DNA of 63,954 nucleotides, the filler included, from Stramenopiles sp. TOSAG23-6 (taxonomy: Eukaryota): NCBI GenBank assembly GCA_900128565.1. It is 4 parts of 4 records of this genome, joined end to end, with 100 filler letters (N's around TTAATTAATTAA, not from the genome) between each part and the next. Parts side by side here need not be neighbours in the genome. Positions count along the whole stretch, not along the records: positions 33,925 to 50,686 come from LT636087.1; 3 more parts are not named here. One strand, 5' to 3'. Position numbers and translations under genes: made by a program. This document shows positions 34,330-47,011 of this stretch, piece after piece (position 1 is the first letter of the stretch; every line of letters starts with the position of its first letter). The notes under the pieces were generated by a model. The model saw only the letters and a program-made list of their open reading frames with translations. It was not told the DNA's origin and ran no database searches.

Positions 34330-36985
34330 TTTAAGCATTTGAAAGGATACCTTGATTTTAAAAATAGGCGTATTAAATTGCGAAAATTTATATATAAGGA
34401 AATTTCTTATATTTATAAGTCCCTAATGTGAAAACAGTAAAAAGTATTTTATTTTATAGTTTATTAATAAAAAAACTTAGTGAATTGAAACATCTAATTA
34501 ACTAAGGAAAAAATCAAACGAGTTGTTGGTAGTAGTGGCGAGCGAAACCAGTAAAAAGTATAAATAACTTATAGTATAGAATTAAGAAAAGGTTTTAATA
34601 TAAATCCTGTATATACTTATAAATTATTTTTTATAGTAAAATAAGTTTTGTGTAATCTTATTTGAAGAAAGAGGAACCATCCTCTAAGCTTAAAATTTTT
34701 TAAAAATCGATAGTGAACTAGTACCGTGAGGGAAAGGGTAAGTATACATTCTTCGTATTGTATTTGAAATTCAATGTTATAAAGCATTTCTTTATTTTTA
34801 TAAAATAAAGTTAGTACCTTTTGTATAATGGTCCAGTGAGTTTTTTTATAAAGCAAGCTTAAATTTTTGTTAATTAGGCGTAATTAAAAGTGATTTTGAA
34901 AAAAATAAGTTTTATAAATATGACCCGAATCCAAGTGATCTAGTTAGGAACAGGTTGAACGTTTAGTAAATTAAACGGGAGGACCGAACACACGTCTGTT
35001 GCAAAAGGCGGTGATGATTTCTAATTAGGGGTGAAAGTCTAATCAAACTTGGTAATAGCTGGTTTTTTGCGAAATCTATTTAAGTAGAGCATAAAACAAT
35101 AAAAATTCAGGTAAAGCACTGCTAAGGTGCGGGGGCTCTTAGAGTTTACCAAACTTATGCAAACTCTGAATTGGATTTTTTATTATTTTATAGACAGTCT
35201 TTAGATGCTAAGGTCTTAAGACAAGAGGGAAACAGCCCTAATTATTTAATAAGGTCTTCAAATAAATTGTAAGTGGAAAAGGAGATAAAATTACGAAAAT
35301 AATCAAAAGGTAGCTTTAGTGGCAAGCATCCTCTAAGAAGTGCGTAACAGCTTATTGATCAAGTTTTTTTTTCAACCAAAAATGTATAGAGGCTTAACAA
35401 TTTATACCGAATTAATAAAATAAATTAAAATATTTTAGTTTATTGGTAGCAAAACGTTTTGTAATTTAAAGAGAAAAGCTGTAAAGTTTTTTGTTAAATC
35501 AAAAGTGAGTATACTGGAATGAGTAATGATAAATAATGTAATGATATAAACATTATCGCCGTAAATTTAAGGTTTCTTGGACGCTGATAAACATTTCAAG
35601 GTAATACGATCTCTAAAAAAAAGGCGAAAGCTGTATTTGATGAGTTATAATTTTTATTTTTATAATATTCTAGTTAACAAATATAAATTAAATTTTATTT
35701 AACATAAAAAATTAAATATATTTATATATATTTCAGGAAAAAGTAGAAAAAATAATCGTACCAAGACCGACACAGGTAAATAAGTATAAATGTACTAAGG
35801 CGCTTGAGATAATTATGTTGAAGGAACTCGGCAAATTGACTCTGTAACTTTGGGATAAAGAGTGCCTTTTGTAAGGTGACATAAAATAGGAGATAGCGAC
35901 TGTTTAATAAAAACACAGGTCTCTGCAAAATCGTAAGATGAAGTATAGGGACTGACGCCTGCCCGGTGCGAAAAAGTTAAGTGGAATTGTTTACGCTTTG
36001 AAACTAAGCTCTCGTAAACGGCGGCTGTAACTCTGACGGTCCTAAGGTAGCAAAATTCCTTGACGGGTAAGTTCCGTCCTGCATGAATGGCGTAACGACT
36101 TTCTCACTGTCTCCAACATAAACTCAATGAAATTGAAATGTCCGTGAAGATGCGGAGTATAAACGGTAAGACGAAAAGACCCTATGAACCTTTACTACAT
36201 TTTTATATTGCTTACAAAAAGACGATGTGTAGCATAGGTGGGAGCTATTGAAATTTAATCGCTAGGTTAAATGGAAGCTTTCTTGAAATACCACCCTTTT
36301 TCTTTTTTGTGGCTAACTTAAATAATGATCTTTATTAAGGACACTTTATAATTGGTAGTTTGGCTGGGGCGGCCGCCTCTTAAATAGTAACGGAGGTGTA
36401 TATAAGGTAAACTCAAAATAATTAAAAAATTATTGGTAGAGTATAATGGTATAAGTTTGCTTGACTGTAAGATTGACAAATCAAGCAGGAACGAAAGTTG
36501 ATCATAGTGATCCGGTAATGGTGTATGGATAAATTATCGCTCAACGGATAAAAGGTACTCTAGGGATAACAGGCTTATGACTCTTGAGAGCTCTTATTGA
36601 TGGAGTTGTTTGGCACCTCGATGTCGACTTTTTGCATCCTGGAGCTGAAGCAGGTTCCAAGGGTTCGGCTGTTCGCCGATTAAAGCAGAACGTGAGTTGG
36701 GTTTAGAACGTTGTGAGACAGTTTGGTTTCTATCTACCGTTTAAGTTTAAAATTGAAAGGTTCAAATCCTAGTACGAAAGGATTGGTGAGGGTAAATCAA
36801 TGGTTTTTCAGTTGTTATATTAATAGCAGCGCTGAGTAGCTACATTTATAATGGATAATTGTTGAAAACATCAATATAAGAAACCATCCTTAAAAAATTT
36901 TAATATACAGTAAAAGATAATTACTTTGCTAAGTTTTAAGTGTAAGATTAGTAATTTTTTAAGCTTAAAAATCTTAATAATTTTC
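34330..36985 (+). rRNA. rnl: Mitochondrial LSU rRNA (ends approximate)
   Basis: AGTACCGTGAGGGAAAG, GGTCCTAAGGTAGC, GGGATAACAGGCT, CACCTCGATGTCG. Confidence 0.95.
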
Positions 36986-37039
36986 ATTTTTTTTAATAAA
37001 AAATTAGATGATTTAGATCTAGTTTCTTAGAATTAAATT

Positions 37040-38003
37040 AAGGATTTGATCCTGGTTCTGAATGAACGCTAGTAGTTTGCTTTTACACATGCAAGTTGAA
37101 TGGTTTAAAAAACCATGGCGTACGGGTGAGTAATTATGTAAAAAAACTATCTTTAAGTTTGGGATAATTTATAAATACCATAAAAAAGTATATTTTGGCA
37201 AGTTTCAAATATATATTGCTTAAAGACGTGTTTACACAGTTTTAGGTGTTTTTACCTTTTAAAGAGGTAAAGCCTTAGATGCTTAGCGGGTTTTAACGAA
37301 TGTACCGCCACACTGGAACTGAGACAAGGTCCAGACTCAATTGAGGCAGCAGTGAGGAATATTGGACAATGGACGAAAGTCTGATCCAGCAAAACTACGT
37401 AAGTGATAGACAGCAACTTAGTTGAAAAGCTTTTTCATCAAAAAAGATAGTGACATTATTTGAAAAAGAAGCCCCGGCAAATTTCTGTGCCAGCAGCCGC
37501 GGTAATACAGAGGGGGCAGGTGTTATTCGTAGTTATTAGGCGTAAAGGGTTCGTAGGTTTCTTAACTAGTTTTCTAAAAAGACCAAGGCTTAACTTTGGT
37601 TCATAGTTTTAACAGTTAAGGTAGAGTTAAGTAAGGGGTGACAGAATTTTTAATGTAGAGATAAAATTTTATGATATTAAAAAGAATTTCAGAGGCGAAG
37701 GCGGTCACCTAGGCTTATACTGACACTGAGGAACGAAAGCATAGGTAGCAAACGGGATTAGAGACCCCGGTAGTCTATGCTGTCAACGATGAATGTTAAA
37801 TCTTGAGGTATCTCAGGATTAAAGTTAACACGTTAAACATTCCGCCTGGGGAGTACGGTCGCAAGATTAAAACTCAAAGGAATTGACGGGAGTTTGGAAC
37901 AGCGGTGGAGCATTTGGTTTAATTCGATAATACGCGGGAAACCTTACCAACTTTTGCTATTTTTTTTATTAAATTTTTATTAAAGTAAAAGAAAAACAGG
38001 TGT

Positions 38004-38036
<33 letters not shown>

Positions 38037-38515
38037 GGTTGGTTAATTCCTCCATAACGAGCGTAACCCTTATTTTTAGTTGTTTAAAACTTTATTGTAT
38101 TTAAGTTTTTAAATTCTTTAAAAAGACAGCTAATGAAAGTTAGAGGAAGGCAAGGATCACGTCAAGTCATCATGGCCCTTACAGGTTGGGCTACACACGT
38201 GCTACAATAGGAAAGACAATAATAAGCAATTATTTGAATAATCGCAAATATTTAAATTTTCCTTAAATTTGGATTATAGGCTGTAATTCGCCTATATAAA
38301 ATTGGAATCGCTAGTAATCGCAAATCATCACGTTGCGGTGAAATTTTAATACAAACTTTGTACAAACCGCCCGTCACGTTAGAAAAGTAAGTTAGGCTTG
38401 AAGTATCTATTAAGTTTTTTTTACATAGTTTAAAATTCTTTAATGGGTATTAAAGTTTAATTTGTGATTGTAATGAAGTCGTAACAAGGTAGTCGTAGGG
38501 GAACCTGTGGCTGAA
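37040..38515 (+). rRNA. rns: Mitochondrial SSU rRNA (ends approximate)
   Basis: TTTGATCCTGG, GTGCCAGCAGCCGCGGTAA, AAACTCAAAGGAATTGACGG, AAGTCGTAACAAGGT. Confidence 0.96.
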
Positions 38516-38604
38516 AGTAAATAAATTATTTATCTTTAATTTTTTTTATATAATCAAGTGTGATTCTTTCATATATTTTTATTAGGTTTTCTTTAAGTTA
38601 TTAA

Positions 38605-38835
<231 letters not shown>

Positions 38836-38967
38836 TAGAATTAATTTTATATAGCCTTAATATTTTAAATATTAATTAAGTTTTATATTGTAAAATAAAC
38901 TATTTATTTGTTTAAAAAATAAGATGGTTTCATATTAAATAATACAACCAGATCTTTATTAAATATT

Positions 38968-40362
38968 ATGTTTGCAAATTTTTGAATTTTTGACTTTAAA
39001 GTTTTTTTCGCAGAAATTTTTATTTTATTATCTATTTTATTTATACTTTTATTTTTTTTTTACATTATAAATAATAAATCTAATAAATACCCGTATTTGG
39101 TTTATGAGTTTTATTATTTGTTATTATTGGTTATATCATTAAGTTTTTTTTTAGTATATAACAATCCGTTAACTAATTTTGTAATTTTTAATAGTTTAGT
39201 TTTTGTAGATGATTTTTTAATATTCATTAAACTAATTATTCTTGCAGCAGTTTTTTGTTGTGTTTTAGTTTCTTTTAATTTTATAAAAAAAGAAAAGTTT
39301 AATAGTTTTGAATTTAATTTATTAATACTATTTTCTCTGCTTGGGCTTTTATGTTTTATATCTTCTTGTGATTTAGTATCAATGTTCTTAGCTTTAGAAG
39401 TACAAAGTCTTGCTTTTTACATTTTAGCAACTCTAAAAAAAGACTCAGCTTTTTCAACTGAAGCTGGTTTAAAATATTTTATTTTAGGTGCACTTTCATC
39501 AGGTTTTTTATTATTTGGTATATCTTTAATTTATGGGGTTACTGGTACAACAAACTTTGAATGTTTAGCTAAATTAGTTATTAACTTTGATTATAACTTA
39601 ATATTTTTGAATACTTCAAGTTTTAGTTTTGAATTCACAGAACGTTTAACTTTAGGTTTAATTTTTTTAATTACAGGTTTTTTATTTAAGATGGCTGCGG
39701 CTCCTTTCCATTTGTGAATTGCAGATGTTTATGAGGGAGCTCCTACAAATGTAGCTCTTATGTTTGCAGTTCTTCCTAAAATTGGTATAGTTTTTGTATT
39801 AGCTCGTTTATTTTACTTTGTATTTTATGATATGATTTTTTTATGACAAAGTATTATTATATTAATTGCGCTAATTTCAATAGGTGTTGGTAGTTTATCA
39901 TCTTTGCGGCAACTACGTATTAAGAGATTTTTAGCTTTCAGTTCAGTAACTCATGTAGGTTTCTTACTTATTGCTTTTGCAACAGGGACTTTTGAAGGTC
40001 TTGTAGGTTTATTTTTTTATTTGATATTTTATGTTTTAATGGCTTTAAATATTTGATCAATTGTATTATTGCTAAAATTTAAAAAAAAGCGTATCAAATA
40101 TATTGTAGATCTTCAAAATTTAGCAAGAGTTAATCCAGTGATTAGTGTGACTTTTTTAGTAAATCTATTTTCAATGGCAGGGATTCCTCCATTAGCTGGT
40201 TTTTACGCAAAGAGTTACGTGTTTTTATCAGCACTAGAATCTTCATTATATTTTTTAGTTATTTTTGCTATATTGTTTAGTGTATTAAGTGCTTTTTATT
40301 ATTTACGTTTTATTAAAGTAATTTATTTTGATAAAGTTTTAGATGCTTTTTATTTTAAGTAA
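38968..40362 (+). CDS. nad2: NADH dehydrogenase subunit 2 (TGA=Trp; C-terminus short)
   Basis: STEAGLKYFILGA, APFHLW, SMAGIPPLAGF, YYLR; in-frame TGAs at Trp sites. Confidence 0.93.
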
Positions 40363-40426
40363 GTTACTTTATTTTAAAGAATTTAAAGGTTGTTTAAGCC
40401 ACCTTGAAAGTGCCTGGTTTTTCCCG

Positions 40427-40955
40427 TTAATTATTTGTAATTTTTGCATAGGGGGTAGTCAGTAAAAAAACACCTAAACTTGATAAACGCACGCTTGCCG
40501 TGGGTAAAACCTAAATGCCTTGTTTTTTGTTTAAGCCGCTTGTAAAGTGCCTAAGTTACGAATATTGGTTTTATGTAAGATTTTTTTTAATAGTTTTTTT
40601 TGTTCTATTTATTTTCGTATAAATATAAAGATATCTATAATATATAGGTAGGTTATAGTTGTAGGGTAGTGGTAAGAGGTTCGGCCGTTTCTTATTAACC
40701 ATCTATATTAGGGATTAAAACTATTTTATCTTAAAAACAGTAAGCCGCTTTTAATGCAGTCTTAAAGTGGTTGATTTTTTCCATTAATTATTTGTAATTT
40801 TTGCATAGGGGGTAGTCAGTAAAAAAACACCTAAACTTGATAAATGCACGCTTGCCGTGGCAAAAAACTAAATGTCTTATTTTTTGTTTAAGCCGCTTGT
40901 AAAGTGCTTAATTTAGAGTTATTAGGTTTTTGTAAATTTTTTTTTAATAGTTTTA
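40427..40955. repeat. Two ~170-bp direct repeats (~40427-40600, ~40784-40955) in mitochondrial noncoding region
   Basis: Shared TTAATTATTTGTAATTTTTGCATAGGGGGTAGTCAGTAAAAAAACACCTAAACTTGATAAA...AAGCCGCTTGTAAAGTGC. Confidence 0.9.
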
Positions 40956-41065
40956 ATTTAGTATTTATTGTTATTTTCTAATGATTTATACTTATGTATA
41001 AATAAAAGAATCTGTCTTTGCATTGCTTAAATTTTGTTTAATAAAAACTTAGTTATATTCTAAAT

Positions 41066-42313
41066 TTATTTTAGATGTATGTAACTGATATAATTTAAAT
41101 TTGCACTATTATTTGCGTATTCTAAATTTTTTTTATTAGCTACATTTTCTAAAAGTATACAAGTAAAATTATTATAATCTATATGTAAAAAATTATAAAT
41201 TTGCTTGTTATTTTTAATTTTATTAATAAAATTATATGCATTATACTTTATAAAATTATAAAATAAATGTTCTAATTTAATAATTTTTTTCAATAACATA
41301 GTATTTTTATTTTTTTTTAAAATAGTTTTTAATTTTTGTATTCAAATTAGTTTAGTTTTTATCTTATTAAATTTATAAAATAACTTTATTTTTTTTTTGA
41401 TACTATGGGTTATTTTTTTTGATAAGATATAAAATTTATCAAAATTAATATTTGTTGTATAGTTTGAAAAATAATCAAATTTAAAACTTTCAAATAAGTA
41501 TTCTATGTATTTGAAATATTTTAAGATACCTTTTAAATTTTTCATATTAATTTTATTTAAATTTTTATAGAGGTATTGGGTTGCTTTTTGTCTAAACTTC
41601 TTTCTTATTGAAAGAAATAGGTATAAACGTTTTTGTAATTTTTTTTTACGGTATTCTTGTAAGATATATAATTGCTTATGAAAATATTTTAATCAGTTAC
41701 AGAACCGTGTTTTAAATAATAAAAGTATAATATTTAATTTTGGTTCTTTAGGTAATTCTATAATATCATTCGGTTTAATTTGTGTATTTGGGTTTTTACA
41801 TAATTTATTATTAATTAGCATACCTTTATACAAAATAAATTTTCGTAGTTGGTGAAAACTTTTAAAAATATTTAAATGATATAAAAAATGGTATACAACA
41901 GCGTCCAACCTTGTGTTCAATTTTTTCAAAAAAATAAAATTACTTAGGTTTTTAGTACGGCTTTTAAAAAAAAGTTTTTTTAATTGTTTATTTTTTAAAA
42001 AACTATATGAATTTTTTAAAAGATGTCTTAAAAATAAGCAATTAACATAAAAAAATTTATAGAAACGTTTGTTTTTTTGACTAAAATTATTATTAAAAAT
42101 ATTATTTTTTGATTGTCTTCGGTTTTTACTTAAAAATGAAGTAAAAATAGAAGCTCTATTTGAAAATTGTCATTTTTTTTGTTGATTCTGTGAAAATTTA
42201 AAACGGAATCAATTTCATTTACGTTTTTTAAAATTATTAATTTTGTTAAAATTACTTAAAACTGTCTTTAATTTGGCTGAAAGTTTATGTTTATAATGAA
42301 AAGGTTTAACCAT
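41066..42313 (-). CDS. rps4: Ribosomal protein S4 (TGA=Trp)
   Basis: KKRKWNW; RLDAVV...QLRKFILYKGMLINNK...IKPNDII S4 domain; ORF pieces share one frame and end in TGA. Confidence 0.8.
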
Positions 42314-42317
42314 ATTT

Positions 42318-43052
42318 TTATTTAAAAAATCTTAGTGTTTTTTTTATTAAAGTTAAATAAAATTTAATAAAAATGATTGATTGATTATTACAAAAGATAG
42401 GAAAATCTATATATTTGTTATAGTTAGCATTTTTAACTAAGGCAATACTTGGTATATCTAGTCTAATAATTTCTTTTAAAAGTTCATTATTACCTTCTTG
42501 TGTACTAAAATTATTAAGTAATAATAAAAGATTGGGTAAAAAATATAATTTTTCTAAGATATCAAATCTATCAAAAAATAAATTAATTTGTTGCTTTCTT
42601 TTCTTTTTCAATTTTGAGATAATTAACTTAGTATAATAGGTTTTAACAGGTAATTTTGGGTTATATCGAAAATCATTAAATGTTTTTTTTAAACCAAAAA
42701 TATTGGTTAAAAGTCCACCTGATCATTCTTTATTAATAATACAAATATTATATTTTTCAAATAAGGATGTTATATTTTGTATTCATTTTTTATTTTCAAT
42801 TTTAAATCCAGTAATTATTAATATAAAACCACCGTTTGATATTATCTTTTTAATAAAAAACAAACTTTGTTTTAGGTCTCTAATGATTCTTTTTATATTG
42901 AAAAAATATATTTTTTTTTCTATAAAAAAAATAAAAGAGTTTGTTTTTGTATTTTTTAAATCTGTTAATTTTGAACCGATATGGGCTCCCATAAAAATTA
43001 GGGTGTTTAATATTAATGATTTTTTATTTTTAATATTTTTGTTAAAAGCCAT
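42318..43052 (-). CDS. rps2: Ribosomal protein S2
   Basis: GAHIG, WSGGLLTN, IPSIALV, IDFPIFCNN. Confidence 0.88.
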
Positions 43053-43616
43053 TTAAATTTTTTTCTTATTACTTTCTTTTAAAGTTGGGTTTTCATTTAG
43101 ATATAAAAGACCTTTTCCTTTATAACTATCTAATTTTCTAATTTTTTTCATAGATGTGCTTATATGCTTTAAACATAAAAGGTCATTACTATATAAAGTT
43201 ATTAGTGTTGCTTTTTGTATAACAACCTTAATATTTTTGGGTATTTTAAAATCAATAATATTTGAAAAACCTACACGTAGTTTTAGAATATTATCAATAA
43301 AAGAAATGAAACGGTAACCAATACCAACCAGCTTTAATTGTAAAAAAAATTGAAATGTTATAGTTTTTAAACTTCGGTTTAGTTGGATTGTGTAATTAGC
43401 AAATTTTTTTTCAAAATCAACCTTAGATTTGTTCATTAAATTATTTTTTTTGAAAGTTACTGTTAATTTATTTAATGTACGGTCATGGTTTAGTTTGATA
43501 TAGCTTTTATTTTTTAATATAACACAACCACAAGGTCCATTTAATTTTATAAAATTATGGAATACTTTTATATCAATATTTTTAGGAATCAGTATTTCTT
43601 CTTTTAAAATTTGCAT
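43053..43616 (-). CDS. rpl6: Ribosomal protein L6
   Basis: LKLVGIGYR, RVGFS, DSYKGKG. Confidence 0.93.
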   Translation of the reverse strand: MQILKEEILIPKNIDIKVFHNFIKLNGPCGCVILKNKSYIKLNHDRTLNKLTVTFKKNNLMNKSKVDFEKKFANYTIQLNRSLKTITFQFFLQLKLVGIGYRFISFIDNILKLRVGFSNIIDFKIPKNIKVVIQKATLITLYSNDLLCLKHISTSMKKIRKLDSYKGKGLLYLNENPTLKESNKKKI

Positions 43617-43622
43617 TATTTT

Positions 43623-44006
43623 TTATAGGATAAAACAAATTGCTTCTCCACCTAGTCCAAGCTTCAAAGCTTTTTTATGAGTCATTAGTCCTTTAGGTGT
43701 GCTTATTAAAAATATACCTGCATTAAAATTTAAACTTGCTAAAAACTTTAATGAAAAAAAAACACGACGGCTTGGTTTTGATATTCTTTTAATTTTTTTA
43801 ATAAAAATAGTATTATTGTTATATCTTAAAAATGTTTTAATCATCTTTTTTGAAGAATCTATACTAAAACCTCGAATAAATCCTTCATCTTGTAAAATTT
43901 TTACAATATTAAGGCTAATTTTTGTATAGTTTAAAAATGTAAAAGATTGTTTAGACATTTGGGCATTACGAATCCTTGAAAAATGATCTCCTATATAATC
44001 AGTCAT
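43623..44006 (-). CDS. rps8: Ribosomal protein S8
   Basis: RIRNA, EGFI, RISKPSRR, STPKGLMT, GGE. Confidence 0.96.
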   Translation of the reverse strand: MTDYIGDHFSRIRNAQMSKQSFTFLNYTKISLNIVKILQDEGFIRGFSIDSSKKMIKTFLRYNNNTIFIKKIKRISKPSRRVFFSLKFLASLNFNAGIFLISTPKGLMTHKKALKLGLGGEAICFIL

Positions 44007-44009
44007 AAT

Positions 44010-44312
44010 TTATCAACTAATTTTTGAAAGTCCAGTAATTAAACCATAACTGGCTTTTTCTCTTAACACAACTCTTGATATTTTAAATTTTTGAAATACC
44101 GATCTTGGCCGCCCAGATATAACACACCGGTTGTTAATTTTAACTTTAAGGCCTTTACGGTTAGTTTTTAAGCTTTTTGAAGCGTCTTGGTTTATAAAAT
44201 CAAACATTTTATCATCGTTTAGGATTGATAGTCCTTTTTTGATAAAATTTGTTTTTTCATTTTTTAAGTATAGGTTTCGTCTTTTTTGTTCTTTATAAAT
44301 GTTACTTTTCAT
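44010..44312 (-). CDS. rps14: Ribosomal protein S14
   Basis: NRCVISGRPR...ISRVVLRE...KISW (TGA=Trp, then TAA). Confidence 0.95.
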
Positions 44313-44451
44313 TTAAATTTTTTGTATTAGGTTTATTATATAAATCATTTTCAAAACGTTGGAATTTTTTAAAATTGTTTATTTTCAAAAATGATATTGA
44401 ACCGTTAGTGAATAGAATTTTTTTTAAAAATTTATTATTAAATTTTTTCAT
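44302..44451 (-). CDS. rpl31: Short ORF, probable ribosomal protein L31
   Basis: 49 aa MKKFNNKFLKKILFTNGSIS...ENDLYNKP filling the tatC-rps14 gap. Confidence 0.55.
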   Translation of the reverse strand: MKKFNNKFLKKILFTNGSISFLKINNFKKFQRFENDLYNKPNTKNLNEK

Positions 44452-45163
44452 TTTTTTGTTTATAATTTTTTAATAAGATTATAAGTTTTAAAGTTATTTC
44501 AAAAAATAATATAAAAGGTATAATCATAATTATTTGGCTTATTAAATCTGGAGGTGTTATAAGTGCTGCTAATATTAGAAAAATAAAATAAAATATTTTT
44601 CTATGATTAGATAACATTTCAATATTCAAAATATTTATAGTAAAAAAAAAATAAATTCATATAGGAAATTGAAATATTATAAGGAACATATAATATATTT
44701 TAATAAAAAAACTTAAATAAGTATCAATACGCCCTTCAAAAAAAATATTGAAAGGGTATTGTGTTATCTCAAATTTAAAAAAAAATGTTAATAAGTTTGG
44801 TAGGAATATTAAGTTTATAAAGAAAAATGTAAATAAAAATAAACTTAAAGATATAAATAATAAGTTTTTAATAATAGAATGTTCATATTTATATAGGCTA
44901 GGAGTTAAAAAATAAAAAATATTCAATATCAAGAAAGGTAACGTTAAAAGTAAGCTATAGATTACAAGTAGGTTTAAATAACATGTGAAAGCATTACTTA
45001 TTTCAGTAAAAATGAAATTAAAACCTTTAAATTTACTGATTGGTTTTGTTGATATATATAATAATATTTCTAAGTTGCTTGTACAAAAAATAAGATTGAA
45101 AATAAAAGCATATATTAGTATAAAAATTCGATTTTTTAATTCTGTAATATAACTAAAAAACAT
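44438..45163 (-). CDS. tatC: Twin-arginine translocase TatC
   Basis: ELKNR, FLTPSLYKYE, FQFP, ALITPPDLISQ; one internal TGA. Confidence 0.93.
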
Positions 45164-45165
45164 AT

Positions 45166-45741
45166 TTATATATTATTATTATTTCAACTTGAAAGTGAGT
45201 TGAATATTCTAAATTCTTGTGCAAATTCATTTTTTTCAAAACATACTCGCTTGATCAAATCATTATACCTTGCTGAAAGGAAACCACTTAAAGGAAAATC
45301 TTTTCGAAAAGGGTGTCCAGTAAAACCGTAATCTGTTAAAATTCGCCTTAAATCTTTATGTTTCGTAAAATTTATACCATACAAATCAAAAATTTCTCTT
45401 TCTAATCAATTACTTGATTTAAATATTTCTGAAATTGTTTGTATTGTAGAAAGTTCACTTAAGGTTGTTTTAACTCGAATTTTTGTATTAAAATTAAAAC
45501 TTGTTAATTGTAAAACTAATTCAAAACGGTTTTTTTATTCAGGGTAGTCTACACATGTATAGTCATTCACCACTCTAAATAGAGCTAATGCAAATAATTT
45601 GAGAAATTGAATAAAGTGGATAAAGCTATCTTTAAACACTTTAAAAACTAATTCACCTGTTCTTGTAAAGGCGACGGTTATTATAGAAAATCTTAAAACA
45701 TTTACTAAAGAAGCGCTGTAATTTTTAAAAACAGTATGCAT
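45166..45741 (-). CDS. nad9: NADH dehydrogenase subunit 9, with one in-frame TAA at 45535-45537
   Basis: [39 protein letters not shown]. Confidence 0.9.
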
Positions 45742-45742
45742 T

Positions 45743-46117
45743 TTATTTAAATTTAGAACTTAAAGTTAAAATTTTTTAATATTTTTTTTGCTTTAATTCT
45801 TTAGGTAAAACACCAAAAACTCTATTCCCAATAAAATTCTTCTTTTTAGTTAAGAGTATACAATTATTTGCCCCAAAATAAAAAGAATTACTTTGATTTC
45901 GTGTTTTATTTCTTTTGGTTTGTGTAATTAAACCTAAACATATTTCTTTTTTTTTTACTTTTATATTACCTTTTTTACGTAACTTTTTTACAGAAACAAC
46001 AATAAGGTCACCTATTGTTCCGTAACTGTGGTTAGCTTTACCTAAGATTTTGATGCATTCAACGGATTTAGCACCTGAATTATCTGAAATATTTAATAAA
46101 GTTCCTGGTTGTATCAT
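45743..46117 (-). CDS. rpl14: Ribosomal protein L14, with in-frame TAA at 45776-45778
   Basis: DNSGAK, GDLIVVSVK, GNRVFG; conserved tail KILTLS lies after the first TAA. Confidence 0.9.
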
Positions 46118-46118
46118 T

Positions 46119-46634
46119 TTACTTTATAAGTATGTTATGTATTTTAAAAAAAAATAAATTTTCTATTATATTGTTATTAGATAATAAAAAATCAATTTTT
46201 AGGTTTTTCAATAGTAGAAAGTGTTCAAATTCACTTTCAAGTTCAGTAAATATAGAAATATCTTCTATATTACAACTGTATAAGTTATTAGTTTTATTGG
46301 GGTTTAATCCTTTAAAAAATTGTATTTGTGGTAAATATATATGTAAAAATTTATTAAAAAAATCATTTAAATCTTTTTTAATTAAAGATGTAGAACATCC
46401 AGTAATTTTGGGTTTTAAACTTTTATTTTTATTTTTTGTTTCTTTTTGTAAAACAGGTTTTGTGTTTGTTATTAATTTTAGTGCTACCAATGCTGGTAAT
46501 GTAGTTTTCCCATTTTTAATATCAAATTTAAAATCAATTCTATTTAAATTTGGTATTTCTTTTGGGTGTTTATAACTAAATTTTTCTAGATATAATATAC
46601 GAATTCGTTGGTTAAAAAAATCTATGTTATCCAT
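46119..46634 (-). CDS. rpl5: Ribosomal protein L5
   Basis: IPNLNRI, LITNTKP, GCSTSL, IFTELE; next to rpl14. Confidence 0.85.
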   Translation of the reverse strand: MDNIDFFNQRIRILYLEKFSYKHPKEIPNLNRIDFKFDIKNGKTTLPALVALKLITNTKPVLQKETKNKNKSLKPKITGCSTSLIKKDLNDFFNKFLHIYLPQIQFFKGLNPNKTNNLYSCNIEDISIFTELESEFEHFLLLKNLKIDFLLSNNNIIENLFFFKIHNILIK

Positions 46635-46697
46635 GTATTGTATTTAAGTTTTTCTTTATTGTTGTATTTCTAAGTTCTAAATTATAAAAAAAATTAA

Positions 46698-47003
46698 TTA
46701 AAATCTTATAATCATTGAATTTACTGCTATATTATTACGTATTCTATAAAACATTACAACAAGTCCTAAACCTATAGCAGATTCTGCTGCTCCTAAAGTT
46801 AAAAAATGTAATGAAAATAGTTGTCCTAAAATATCATCTAAAAACCTTGAATATATTATAAAGTTATAATTAATGCTTAAAAGCATTAATTCAATAGATA
46901 TGAAAATAATTATTATAGATGTTCTATTTAAAATTATACCTAAAAAAGAAATTGTTAAAAGTGAAATTGAGATTATTAAATACTTAGTTAAACTTATAGG
47001 CAT
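46698..47003 (-). CDS. nad4L: NADH dehydrogenase subunit 4L
   Basis: SIELMLL, GQLFSL, AAESAIGL. Confidence 0.95.
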   Translation of the reverse strand: MPISLTKYLIISISLLTISFLGIILNRTSIIIIFISIELMLLSINYNFIIYSRFLDDILGQLFSLHFLTLGAAESAIGLGLVVMFYRIRNNIAVNSMIIRF

Positions 47004-47011
47004 TTTAAAAA

